Positions 11,037-20,893 of a stretch of DNA of 64,000 nt are shown in pieces. The position numbers and the translations under genes are program-made. Below the pieces are notes generated by a model that was not told the DNA's origin, made no database searches, and worked only from the letters and a program-made list of their open reading frames with translations. Positions within the stretch are counted from its first letter, which is position 1. Each line of letters begins with the position of its first letter. This stretch comes from Alphaproteobacteria bacterium (GTDB taxonomy: Bacteria; Pseudomonadota; Alphaproteobacteria; MPNO01), in contig OZ219866.1 in NCBI GenBank assembly GCA_964291675.2, positions 864,001-928,000 of the forward strand. Direction: 5' to 3'.

Positions 11037-11315
11037 ATGATCCGTAGCTTTCGCTGCAAGGATACCGAGCGGCTCGCGAACGGATACCGGGTGCCGCGCT
11101 TTGTCGACGTCGAGCGGGTGGCGCAGCGCAAGCTCGCCCAGTTGAACGCGGCGGCGACGCTCGACTTTCTGAGGGCGCCGCCCGGCAACCGGCTGGAGGC
11201 CCTGCGCGGAGACCGGGGAGGCTGGTACAGCATCCGGATCAACCTTCGGTGGCGGCTCTGTTTCCGCTTCGAGGATGGAGACGCCTGGGATGTGGAGATC
11301 GTCGACTATCATTGA
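11037..11315 (+). CDS. higB: HigB (RelE/ParE family) toxin
   Basis: MIRSFRCKDTERL, PPGNRLEAL, YSIRINLRWRLCF, VEIVDYH. Confidence 0.92.
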   Translation: MIRSFRCKDTERLANGYRVPRFVDVERVAQRKLAQLNAAATLDFLRAPPGNRLEALRGDRGGWYSIRINLRWRLCFRFEDGDAWDVEIVDYH

Positions 11316-11333
11316 GACCGGGGAGCCACCGCC

Positions 11334-11627
11334 ATGACCCGACTTGAGCCGGTCCATCCGGGCGAAATTCTGAAGCACGACTACATGGAACCGCTGGGCC
11401 TGTCGGCCACCGCGCTGGCGGCGGCGATCGGGGTGACGCCGGCGCGCGTCAGCGAGATCGTGCGCGGGCGGCGCGGGATTTCCGCCGAGACCGCGCTCCG
11501 CCTCGCGCGCTATTTCGGCACCGACGCCAGGAGCTGGCTGACCTTGCAGCAGGACTGGGCGCTCGAACGCGCGGCGCGGGACGGGGCGGCCGCCATCGCC
11601 GCCATCCGCCCGCGCGCGGCGGGGTGA
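11334..11627 (+). CDS. higA: HigA antitoxin
   Basis: HPGEILKHDY, HTH, ISAETALRLARYFG. Confidence 0.92.
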   Translation: MTRLEPVHPGEILKHDYMEPLGLSATALAAAIGVTPARVSEIVRGRRGISAETALRLARYFGTDARSWLTLQQDWALERAARDGAAAIAAIRPRAAG

Positions 11628-11741
11628 GCGTCCTTCGATACCGCGCTCATCGTCACTCCCTCCCCGTCATGCCCGGACCCGTTCCGGGCACAAGGCGGTG
11701 GACCGACCGAGTGGATGGGCGGAACAACTCCGGCCGTGACG
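11628..11741. repeat. repeat cluster (partial family B + two family A palindromes)
   Basis: GCGTCCTTCGATAC; CGTCATGCCCGGACCCGTTCCGGGCAC; GGATGGGCGGAACAACTCCGGCCGTGACG. Confidence 0.7.
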
Positions 11742-11754
11742 GTGGGCGCCCCCC

Positions 11755-12558
11755 TCAGAACCGGTAGCGGAAGCCGATCTCCAGGAAGTGGACCCGCATG
11801 GCGGTCTCGACGTCGACGGTGCCGAACTCGTTGCTGCCGTCGAAGCCGAGGTCGCTCGCCGCCTGGAAGCGGTAGCCCGCCTGGAGGATCACCCTGTCGT
11901 TGAGCCGGTAGCCCAGCCCGGCGCCGAGATGCCAGGCGAACACGTTGTCGACGGTGGAGATCTCGGGCACGAAGCCGGGCGGGTATTGCGGCCCCTGGCC
12001 CCGGGTCAGCCGGTCGGTAATCTCCTGCACCAGACGGTTCGCGTCGTAGTCGAGCCCGGACTGGTCGATGCGGATGAAGCCGAGCCCGCCGCCCGCGAAG
12101 GGCAGCCAGTCGCCGCCGAAATCGATGTCGTACCACAGATTGGCGAAGCCGCCGAGCTGGTCGGCGGTGCCGTCGATCGGCACGTTCACCCTGCCGCCCA
12201 GGGGCACCCCCCGGGCGTTCACCCCCGCATAGGTCAGCCGCTCGACCTCGGAGCGGGCGAAGAACAGCTCGCCCTCGACCCGCAACCCGCCGCCGAGCTC
12301 CCAGCCGACCACGCCCGCCACCTTGAACCCGGTGCGGTGCTCGGCGGTCGAGCCCGCCCGGTAGGGCGCGCGCATGCCGGGCGCCCGGGGATCGCCGGCC
12401 TGCATGCCCCTGGTGGTCGAGTCCGTGTCGTCGACGAACATCACCGGCGCGTTGAGCCCGGCATACATCCTGCCGTCCGCGGCGCCCGCCCCCGCGGCGG
12501 CGAGCGCCAGCGCGGCCGCGAGTACGCCTGCGCATGCCCGAAGCCCGATCGGTGCCAT
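11755..12558 (-). CDS. outer-membrane beta-barrel protein (opacity/OmpA-like membrane domain)
   Basis: Signal peptide; LRVEGE, NLWYD, PFAGGGLG, AGYRF; C-terminal GFRYRF. Confidence 0.85.
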   Translation of the reverse strand: MAPIGLRACAGVLAAALALAAAGAGAADGRMYAGLNAPVMFVDDTDSTTRGMQAGDPRAPGMRAPYRAGSTAEHRTGFKVAGVVGWELGGGLRVEGELFFARSEVERLTYAGVNARGVPLGGRVNVPIDGTADQLGGFANLWYDIDFGGDWLPFAGGGLGFIRIDQSGLDYDANRLVQEITDRLTRGQGPQYPPGFVPEISTVDNVFAWHLGAGLGYRLNDRVILQAGYRFQAASDLGFDGSNEFGTVDVETAMRVHFLEIGFRYRF

Positions 12559-12627
12559 CCCGCCCTCCGGCCCTGCCTCGCGAAGCCGTGAGGCTAGCAG
12601 ACGGCCGGAGAATCGGGCAATCGGCGG

Positions 12628-12862
12628 GTCCTTCGATACGCGGCTTCGCCGCTACTCAGGATGAGGGTGGGTGGTGGAACGGCCCCGGAACAGGTCCCCG
12701 GGCGTTCCGGGCACCCGCGGACGCCTCTCCCGACCTGCCGCCTCGCTGACGGAGAGCCCGCATGGGTGGCCGGAACAAGTCCGGCCATGACGGGAAGGGG
12801 GCAGCGGCCCGTCCACCACCCACCCTCATCCTGAGTAGGCCCGAAGGGCCGTATCGAAGGAC
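12628..12862. repeat. composite repeat: inverted family B units enclosing family A palindromes
   Basis: GTCCTTCGATACG...CTACTCAGGATGAGGGTGGGTGGTGGA at 12628 and its inverse at 12812..12862; GGCCGGAACAAGTCCGGCCATGACG inside. Confidence 0.8.
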
Positions 12863-12865
12863 GCC

Positions 12866-14920
12866 CTACCCCCCGCCCGGCTTCGGGATGCGGGCATCGA
12901 GGCGGCGCAGCAGCGCCTCCGCCTCGGCCATCTCGGGCCCGGCGAGCGGCTTGCCGGTGCAGGACCGCGCCGCCTCGGCGCCGGCGAAGCCGCGCGCCGC
13001 GGCGAGGCCGAGCCAGGCCCAGGCGCGCACGTCGTCGCGCGCCACCCCGCCGCCCCGGCAATAGGCCGCGCCGAGGTTGAACTGCGCCGCCGCGTCGCCC
13101 CGCTCGGCCGCCGCGCGGTAGAGCGCCGCCGCGCGCGCCGGGTCCCGCGCCACCCCCGCGCCGGTCTCGTAGAGCACGCCGAGCGCGTTGCTCGCCGCGG
13201 CGAAGCCCTGCGCGGCGGCGCGGCGGAACAGAGCCGCGGCTCGCTTGCCGTCGCGCGCCACGCCCTTGCCGTCGCGGTACAGCACGCCGAGATTGTACTC
13301 TGCCGCCGCCAGCCCCTGCGCCGCCGCCTTGCCGTACCAGCCGGCCGCCGCCGCCGCGTCCCCGGCGCCACCGAGCCCCTTGTCTGCGAGCGCGCCGAGA
13401 TTGTTCTGCGCCAGCGCCTCGCCCTGCTCGGCCGCCCGGCGGTACCAGCGCGCCGCCGCCGCGTAGTCGCGCCCCTGCTCGTACAGCACGCCGAGATTGA
13501 CCGCCGCCCGGGCATTGCCCTGCCCGGCCGCGGCGCGGTACCAGCGCGCGGCGGCCGCCGCGTCGCGCGCGACGCCGCGCCCGGCGGCATGCGCCGCGGC
13601 GAGGTTCGCCTGCGCCGCCGCCAGCCCCTGCGCCGCCGCCCGGCGGTACCAGCGCGCCGCCGCTTCCTCGTGTTGCGCAACCCCGCGGCCGGCGGCGAGC
13701 ATCGTCCCGAGCGCGTTCTGCGCCCGCGCATCGCCGCTGGCCGCCGCGCTGCGGTACCAGCGCACCGCCGCCGCGTCGTCCTGCGCAACCCCGCGACCGG
13801 CGGCATGGAGCGCGGCGAGCTCGCGCTGCGCCCGGGCGATGCCCTGCTCGGCCGCCGCGCGGAGCCAGCGCGCCGCCTGGCGGGGATCGGGCGCCACCCC
13901 GCGCCCGGCGGCATAGAGCGCCGCCAGCTCGTGCTGCGCCCGGGCGAGACCCTGCCCGGCGGCCGCGCGGAGCCAGCGCGCGGCCTGCCCGGGGTCGCGC
14001 GCCACGCCCCGCCCGGAGAGGTAGAGCGCGGCCAGGTCGAGCTGCGCCCGGGCGAGGCCCTGCCGGGCGGCGCGGGCGAACCACTCGGCCGCCTTCGCAT
14101 CGTCCTGCGCGACCCCGCGGCCGGCGGCGTACATGGTGCCGAGATTGTGGCGGGCGAGCGCGCTTCCCTGCCCGGCCGCGCGGCGGTACCAGGCGACGGC
14201 CTCTTCGTCGTCGCGCGCCACCCCGCGACCGGCGGCGTACATCACGCCGAGCGCGTTCTGGCCCCGCGCATGGCCCTGCCCGGCCGCCTCGCGGTACCGG
14301 CGAACGGCCTGCCGGTCGTCGCGCGCGACGCCGCTGCCGGTCGCGTGCATCAAGCCGAGGTTGAACTGCGCCGCCGCGTTGCCGCGCGCCGCCGCGCGGC
14401 GGAACCAGCGCGCCGCCTCGGCGTCGTCGCGCGCCACGCCCCGCCCGGTGCGGTACATGTAGCCGAGATTGGCCGCGCCGCGCGGATCGCCCTGGCCGGC
14501 CGCCTTCTGGAACCAGGCGGCGGCGGCGGCATCGTCGCGCGCCACGCCCAGCCCCTCGCGATACGCCACGCCGAGATAGTTCTGGGCCGCGGCGTCGCCC
14601 TGCCCGGCCGCCTTCTGGAACCAGGCGGCGGCGGCCGCATCGTCGCGCGCCACGCCCGTCCCCGCGCGCAAAAGCACGCCGAGATTAGTCTGCGCGACCG
14701 CGACCCCCTGCGCCGCCGCCTTGCGGTACCAGAAGGCGGCGCGCGCGGCGTCCGCCTCCGCCCCCCGGCCGAGATGGTAGACCTGGCCGAGCAGGGCCTG
14801 GGCCCTGGCATCGCCCCGCTCGGCGGCGCGGGTGAGCGCGGCGAGATCCGCGCCCGCCGCCGGCGCTGCCAGCGCCGCGGCGGCGAGCGCCGCGGCGAGA
14901 ACCGCCCTTATCCTGCGCAT
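12866..14920 (-). CDS. secreted Sel1-like repeat protein (about 18 repeats)
   Basis: Signal peptide; 36-aa units such as AQxNLGxxYxxGxGVARDDxxAAxWYRxAAxQG. Confidence 0.93.
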   Translation of the reverse strand: MRRIRAVLAAALAAAALAAPAAGADLAALTRAAERGDARAQALLGQVYHLGRGAEADAARAAFWYRKAAAQGVAVAQTNLGVLLRAGTGVARDDAAAAAWFQKAAGQGDAAAQNYLGVAYREGLGVARDDAAAAAWFQKAAGQGDPRGAANLGYMYRTGRGVARDDAEAARWFRRAAARGNAAAQFNLGLMHATGSGVARDDRQAVRRYREAAGQGHARGQNALGVMYAAGRGVARDDEEAVAWYRRAAGQGSALARHNLGTMYAAGRGVAQDDAKAAEWFARAARQGLARAQLDLAALYLSGRGVARDPGQAARWLRAAAGQGLARAQHELAALYAAGRGVAPDPRQAARWLRAAAEQGIARAQRELAALHAAGRGVAQDDAAAVRWYRSAAASGDARAQNALGTMLAAGRGVAQHEEAAARWYRRAAAQGLAAAQANLAAAHAAGRGVARDAAAAARWYRAAAGQGNARAAVNLGVLYEQGRDYAAAARWYRRAAEQGEALAQNNLGALADKGLGGAGDAAAAAGWYGKAAAQGLAAAEYNLGVLYRDGKGVARDGKRAAALFRRAAAQGFAAASNALGVLYETGAGVARDPARAAALYRAAAERGDAAAQFNLGAAYCRGGGVARDDVRAWAWLGLAAARGFAGAEAARSCTGKPLAGPEMAEAEALLRRLDARIPKPGGG

Positions 14921-15026
14921 GGCACCGGCAACCCGAACCGCACGATCGACCCGCCAAGGATAGCCCGGATCGCCCGCGCCGGGCCATTTTTCCGCCGCCG
15001 TCCCGCTGCCGGCCGCATCCCACCCC

Positions 15027-15731
15027 TCATCCCCGGCGCGGGCCGAACACGGCGGTGCCGAGGCGGATATGGGTGGCGCCGAGCTGGATCGCGGTCTCGA
15101 AGTCGGCGGTCATCCCCATGCTGAGCCGCGCGAGCCCGTTGCGCCGCGCGATCTCGGCCAGCAGCGCGAAGTGGAGCGCCGGCTCCTCGCCCGCCGGGGG
15201 GATGCACATCAGCCCTTCCACCGGCAGGCCGTAGGTCGCGCGGCAGGCGGCGATGAAATCGTCCGCCTCCGCCGGGTGGACCCCCGCCTTCTGCGCCTCG
15301 ACCCCGGTATTGACCTCGACCAGGCAGGCGGGGCGGCGTCCGCTGCGGTCCATCTCGCGGGCGAGCGCGGCGGCGAGCTTCGGCCGGTCGAGGGTCTCGA
15401 TCGCGTCGAACAGCGCCACCGCGTCGCGCGCCTTGTTGGTCTGCAGCGGGCCGATCAGATGGAGCGCGAGACCGGGCGCCGCCACGCGCAGCGCCGGCCA
15501 CTTGGCCTTCGCCTCCTGCACCCGGTTCTCGGCGAAGACGCGCTGGCCGGCATCGATGGCCGCTTGCGCGAGCTCGGCCGGGTGGGTCTTGGCGACCGCG
15601 ACCAGCTCGACCGAGCCCGGCGGCCTGGCCGCCTCGGCCTCGGCGGCGGCGATGCGCGCGCGCAGCGCAGCGAGCCTCGCCGCCACGTCGACGATGTCGC
15701 CGGCAAGGGGTTGCGATGTCTCGACGGTCAC
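15027..15731 (-). CDS. yggS: PLP homeostasis protein YggS
   Basis: LVAVAKTH, FAENRVQEA, HLIGPLQTNK, GLMCIPP, LSMGMTADF; GTG start with GGGGAG RBS. Confidence 0.93.
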   Translation of the reverse strand: MTVETSQPLAGDIVDVAARLAALRARIAAAEAEAARPPGSVELVAVAKTHPAELAQAAIDAGQRVFAENRVQEAKAKWPALRVAAPGLALHLIGPLQTNKARDAVALFDAIETLDRPKLAAALAREMDRSGRRPACLVEVNTGVEAQKAGVHPAEADDFIAACRATYGLPVEGLMCIPPAGEEPALHFALLAEIARRNGLARLSMGMTADFETAIQLGATHIRLGTAVFGPRRG

Positions 15732-15829
15732 GGCGGCGCTCCCCGGATCGGCCCGCACCATATCAGCGCCGGCGCGCGCGGCAAGCGGCCGCTTGACGGG
15801 TCCCGAGCCGGTATGGTTGTAGAGCCGCC

Positions 15830-16783
15830 ATGACCGCATCCCCGAGCGCGACGGCGCCCCGCGCCGACCGGCGGGTCTGGACGCTCACCACCGGCCAGGC
15901 CGGCACCGCCGCCCAGGCGGTCGGGCTTGCCGAGGCGCTCGGCTGGCCCTTCGAGACCGTCGTCGTCCGGCCCCGCCCGCCCTGGTCGTGGCTGCCCGCG
16001 CATTGCCAGCCGCCCGGGCTGCTGCGGGGTGGGCTGGAGCGACCGCTCGGCCCGCCCTGGCCCGATTTGCTGATCGCCTGCGGGCGGCGCAGCGCCGCGG
16101 TCGCGCTCGCCATCCGCCGCGCATCCGCCGGCGCGGTCTTCACCGTCTTCGTCCAGCACCCGCGCGCGCCCGCGCGTCACTTCGACCTGGTGGTCGCGCC
16201 GCGCCATGACGGGCTCGCCGGGCCCAACGTGGTGGCGACGCGGGCGGCGCTGCACCGGGTGACGCCGCAAAAGCTCGCCGCCGCCGCGACGGCGTGGCGC
16301 GGCCGGCTGGGCGGGCTCCGGGTCGCCGTGCTGCTCGGCGGGCGGACGCGCTCGCACCGCTTCTCGCGCGCCAGCATCGCGTCCCTGGCGGCCGGCCTCG
16401 CCGGGCTCGCCGGACCCGTCGCCGTCACCCCGTCGCGGCGCACCGATGCCGGCGCCGTCGCCGAGCTCAGGGCGCGTCTCCCCGGGGCGTGGTTCTGGGA
16501 CGGCGCGGGCGAGAACCCCTATCTCGGCATGCTCGCGCTCGCCCGGCACATCGTCGTCACCGAGGACTCGGTGTCGATGACCAGCGAGGCGATCGCCACC
16601 GGCAAGCCGGTCTACGCCGCGCGCATGGCCGGCGGCAACCGCCGCCTCGCCCGCTTCCAGGCGGCGCTGATCGCCGACGGCATTGTGCGCCCCTTCGACG
16701 GCGGCCTCGCCGAGTGGCGCTACGAGCCGGTCAACGAGACGCCGCGCATCGCCGAGGAGATCCGGCGGCGGATGGCGGGGTAG
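15830..16783 (+). CDS. ELM1/GtrOC1-family putative glycosyltransferase
   Basis: PWPDLLIACGR, FDLVVAPRHD, VTPSRRT, NPYLGML, VTEDSVSMTSEA. Confidence 0.85.
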   Translation: MTASPSATAPRADRRVWTLTTGQAGTAAQAVGLAEALGWPFETVVVRPRPPWSWLPAHCQPPGLLRGGLERPLGPPWPDLLIACGRRSAAVALAIRRASAGAVFTVFVQHPRAPARHFDLVVAPRHDGLAGPNVVATRAALHRVTPQKLAAAATAWRGRLGGLRVAVLLGGRTRSHRFSRASIASLAAGLAGLAGPVAVTPSRRTDAGAVAELRARLPGAWFWDGAGENPYLGMLALARHIVVTEDSVSMTSEAIATGKPVYAARMAGGNRRLARFQAALIADGIVRPFDGGLAEWRYEPVNETPRIAEEIRRRMAG

Positions 16784-16910
16784 GCGGGCGGCGCGGACCG
16801 GACACGCCTCGTCATGGCCGGTCCCACCGTGGGCGGCGTCGCAGTCGCGTTCCGGAGACAGTCTACCACTTGTGCTAGAAATACCCTGAAACCTCCGCTA
16901 GGATCGCTGC

Positions 16911-17102
16911 ATGAACGAGGCCCTCGACTATGCGACCCTCGGTGTCGGGATCGCGATCCTCGCGTTTCTCTGGAACCTGCACAGGGACGTGGCCAACCTG
17001 CGTGAGCGCATGGCGAGGCTGGAAGGCGCGGTCGATCTGCTGACCAAGTTCTTGATCGACCGCGAGGCGGGCCGCGCCGGCGGCGGGACGGCCGGCGAAT
17101 AG
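16911..17102 (+). CDS. small membrane-anchored coiled-coil protein
   Basis: TM segment LGVGIAILAFLW then LRERMARLEGAVD; AGGA upstream. Confidence 0.6.
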   Translation: MNEALDYATLGVGIAILAFLWNLHRDVANLRERMARLEGAVDLLTKFLIDREAGRAGGGTAGE

Positions 17103-17223
17103 CGCTCCCGCCCGCCATCCGAAGTTGCCCCGGAACAACGGCTTATCTATAGTGCGCCGTCTTGCGGCGCGGCGTTGCGGGGCGGGCGTTCCGTCCCGGG
17201 CCGGGCGCCGGCGGGGGTGGATC

Positions 17224-17787
17224 ATGGTAGCGTTCGGGTCGAGACGATACGTGGCGATGGCGGTTGCCGGCGCGGCGGCTCTGGTGCTGGCCGCGTGCGG
17301 CGGGCGCGGCTTCGAGCAGGACTATCCCGAGCGCCAGGCCGACCCCAACGAGCCCTACCGCTACACCAGCGAGGGGCCGGCGCCGACGATCTTCGGCGAG
17401 GGCGGGTTCAACGTGCTCGACATATTCGGCGGCGACGACGAGGGCGGCGGCGCCGCCGGGATCGGCGTCAACGGGTTCCTGTGGCGCGCCGCGCTCGATA
17501 CCGTCTCGTTCATGCCGCTCGCCTCCGCCGATCCGTTCGGCGGGGTGATCATCACCGACTGGTACGCGCCGCCCGAGACGCCGCGCGACCGCTTCAAGAT
17601 GACCGTCTACATCCTCAGCCGCCAGCTCCGCGCCGACGGCATCCGCGTCTCGCTGTTCCGCCAGACCGGCGACGCGGCCGGCGGCTGGACCGATGCCAGC
17701 GTGCAGCCCAAGACCGCGACCGATCTGGAGAACCAGATCCTCGCCCGCGCGCGCCAGCTCCGCATCGCCCGGGCGTCGTCCGGCTAG
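17224..17787 (+). CDS. DUF3576 lipoprotein
   Basis: LAAC lipobox; [33 protein letters not shown]; usual leuS neighbour. Confidence 0.88.
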   Translation: MVAFGSRRYVAMAVAGAAALVLAACGGRGFEQDYPERQADPNEPYRYTSEGPAPTIFGEGGFNVLDIFGGDDEGGGAAGIGVNGFLWRAALDTVSFMPLASADPFGGVIITDWYAPPETPRDRFKMTVYILSRQLRADGIRVSLFRQTGDAAGGWTDASVQPKTATDLENQILARARQLRIARASSG

Positions 17788-17836
17788 GCGCCCCGCGCGG
17801 CCCGGCGCGGCCGCCCTCCGGCAAGCCATGACCGCC

Positions 17837-20409
17837 ATGACCGAACGCTACAACGTCAAACAGAGCGAGGCCCGCTGGCAGGCGGTGTGGGACGAGCGCG
17901 GCACCTTCGTCGTCGCGCCGGATCCGGAGCGCCCGAAATACTATGTGCTCGAAATGTTCCCCTACCCCTCGGGGCGCATCCATATGGGGCATGTGCGCAA
18001 CTACACCATGGGCGACGTGGTGGCGCGCTACAAGCGGGCGCGCGGCTTCAACGTGCTGCACCCGATGGGCTGGGACGCGTTCGGCATGCCGGCCGAGAAC
18101 GCGGCCATGGAGCAGGGCGTCCACCCGGGCTCGTGGACCTACGAGAACATCGCCGCGATGCGCGCCCAGCTGCGCTCGATGGGGCTGTCGATCGACTGGA
18201 GCCGCGAGATCGCCACCTGCCATCCGGGCTATTACCGCCACCAGCAGGCGATGTTCCTCGACTTCCTCGAATCCGGGCTCTTGTACCGCGCCAGCGGCTG
18301 GGTCAACTGGGACCCGGTCGACCGCACGGTGCTGGCCAACGAGCAGGTGATCGACGGGCGCGGCTGGCGCTCCGGCGCCGAGGTCGAGAAGCGCGAGATG
18401 CCGCAATGGTTCCTGCGCATCACCGACTACGCCGAGGAGCTGCGCACCGCGCTCGCCGAGCTGGAGCGCTGGCCCGACAAGGTGCGGACGATGCAGGAGA
18501 ACTGGATCGGCCGCTCCGAGGGGCTGCGCGTCACCTTCCCCATCGCCGGGCGCGAGGGCGGGCTCGACATCTACACCACGCGGCACGACACGCTGTTCGG
18601 GGCGAGCTTCTGCGCGGTCTCGCCGGAACATCCGCTGGCCGCCGAGATCGCCCGCGAGGACAAGGCGGTCGCCGGCTTCATAGAGGATTGCCGCCGGACC
18701 GGGACCAGCGAGGCGGCGATCGAGCGGGCCGAGAAGCTGGGCGTCGATACCGGGCTGCGCGTGCGCCACCCGTTCCGCCAAGGGGTCGAGCTGCCGGTCT
18801 ATGTCGCCAACTTCATCCTGATGGAGTACGGCACCGGCGCCATCTTCGGCTGCCCGGCGCACGACCAGCGCGACCTCGAATTCGCCCGCAAATACGGCCT
18901 CCCGGTGCCCCCCGTGGTGGTGCCGCGGGATGCCGACCCGGCGAGCTTCCGGATCGCCGACGAGGCCTGGCTCGGCGACGGCATCCTCGCCAACTCCGAC
19001 TTCCTCGACGGGCTCACGGTGGAAGACGCCAAGCAGGCGATGGCCAGCCGCGCCGAGGCGGAGGGCAAGGGAAGGCGCGAGGTCAACTACCGGCTGCGCG
19101 ACTGGGGGGTGTCGCGCCAGCGCTACTGGGGCTGCCCGATCCCGGTGGTGCATTGCGCGGCGTGCGGCATCGTCCCGGTGCCGCGCGCGGACTTGCCGGT
19201 CGTGCTGCCGGACGACATCGACTTCGAGACGCCGGGCAACCCGCTCGACCGCCACCCGACATGGAAGCGCGCCGCCTGCCCGGAATGCGGCGGCCGGCGG
19301 AGCGCGAGACCTCGACGCTCGATACCTTCGTCGATTCGTCGTGGTATTTCGCGCGCTTCTGCTCGCCGCGCGCCGATGCGCCGGTGGATGAGGCCGACGG
19401 CGCCTACTGGCTGCCGGTCGACCAGTATATCGGCGGCGTCGAGCACGCGATCCTGCATCTGCTCTATGCCCGCTTCTTCACCCGGGCGATGACCGACCAC
19501 GGCGAGCTCGACCTCGCCGAGCCCTTCGCCGGGCTGTTCACCCAGGGCATGGTGTGCCACGAGACCTACCGCACCCGGGACGGCGAATGGGTGCCGCCGG
19601 TCGAGGTGACGGACGGGCCGGACAGGAAGCCGGTGCGCGCCGCCACCGGCGAGGCGCTGACCGTCGGCCGGTCGGAGAAGATGAGCAAGTCCCGGCGCAA
19701 CGTGGTCGACCCCGAGGACATCATGGAGACCTACGGCGCCGACACCGCGCGCTGGTTCATGCTGTCGGACTCCCCGCCCGACCGCGACCTCGAATGGACC
19801 GAGGCCGGGGTCGCCGGCGCCTGGCGCTTCGTCAACCGGATGTGGCGGCTGGTCGCCGATCCGGGCCGCGCCATCGCCCCGCCGGGGGGTGCGATGCCGG
19901 CGGGCGTGGCGGGCGATCCGGCGCTGGTCGCCATCCGCCGCGCCGTGCACAAGGCGGTCGACGGGGTGACCGGCGACCTCGAAGGGTTCCGCTTCAACCG
20001 CGCGGTGGCGCGCATCCACGAGCTGGTCAACCTGCTCGCCGATTTCGACGCCGCGGGCGAGGCCGCCGCCTGGGTCCGGCGCGAGGCCTATGAGACGATG
20101 ACGCTGCTGGCCGGTCCGATGGTGCCGCATCTCGGCGAGAGCCTGTGGGCGTTCCTCGGCCACGACGCCCTGCTCGCCGACGCGCCCTGGCCGGAGGCCG
20201 ACCCGGCGCTCACGCGCGACGAGATCGTCACCGTCGCGGTCCAGGTGATGGGCAAGACGCGCGGCACCATCGACATCGAGCGCGACGCCGGCCAGGAGCA
20301 TGCCGAGGCGGCGGCGCTGGCGCTGCCGACGGTGACGGCGGCGCTCGCCGGACGGCCGATCCGGCGCATCGTCTTCGTCCCCAACCGCATCCTCAATGTG
20401 GTGGCGTAG
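17837..20409 (+). CDS. leuS: leucine--tRNA ligase with a 1-nt frameshift near 19295
   Basis: MFPYPSG-HMGH and CP1 in one frame; [29 protein letters not shown] in the next; break at GGCGGC-CGG. Confidence 0.95.
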
Positions 20410-20893
20410 CCTCGCCGCCATCGCCGCCATCGCGACGGCGGCGGCGCTTGCCGGCTGCGGCTTCGCGCCGCTCTACGGCGAGCGCGAGGGGGTGCGCGGC
20501 ATGCTGGCGCGGGTCGAGGTCGCGCCGATCGCCGACCGCACCGGCCAGATGCTGCGCAACGCGCTGCTGCTCGCCTTGCCGCCGCGCCGGGCCGGCGAGG
20601 CGCCGTCCTGGCGCCTCGTCCTGACGCTGGACGAGACCCGCCAGCGGGTCGGCGTCGAGGAGCATGCCGTGGCCACCCGGGCCAACCTGACGCTCGCCGC
20701 GCGCTTCGTGCTGGAGGACGCGGCGGGCGCCGCCGGGCTGTCCGGCCGGCTCGAATCGATCGCCAGCTACAACATCCTCGCCTCGCCCTACGCCACCCTG
20801 GCGGCGGAGCGCAACGCGCGCGCCCGCGCCACCTCCCGGCTCGCCGACGCGGTGGTGGCGCGCCTCGCGGCCTGGCTCGGCGGGCGCGGATGA
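20396..20893 (+). CDS. lptE: LPS assembly lipoprotein LptE
   Basis: [10 protein letters not shown] lipobox; between leuS and holA. Confidence 0.85.
   Translation: MWWRSLAAIAAIATAAALAGCGFAPLYGEREGVRGMLARVEVAPIADRTGQMLRNALLLALPPRRAGEAPSWRLVLTLDETRQRVGVEEHAVATRANLTLAARFVLEDAAGAAGLSGRLESIASYNILASPYATLAAERNARARATSRLADAVVARLAAWLGGRG

Noticed and set aside
10317-11378. 353-aa ORF as a long Vsr fusion
   Set aside because: Only 10317..10799 is Vsr; the upstream part is antisense to higB and the higA remnant
12866-14920. 108-nt periodicity as a non-coding array
   Set aside because: Fully explained by coding Sel1 repeats
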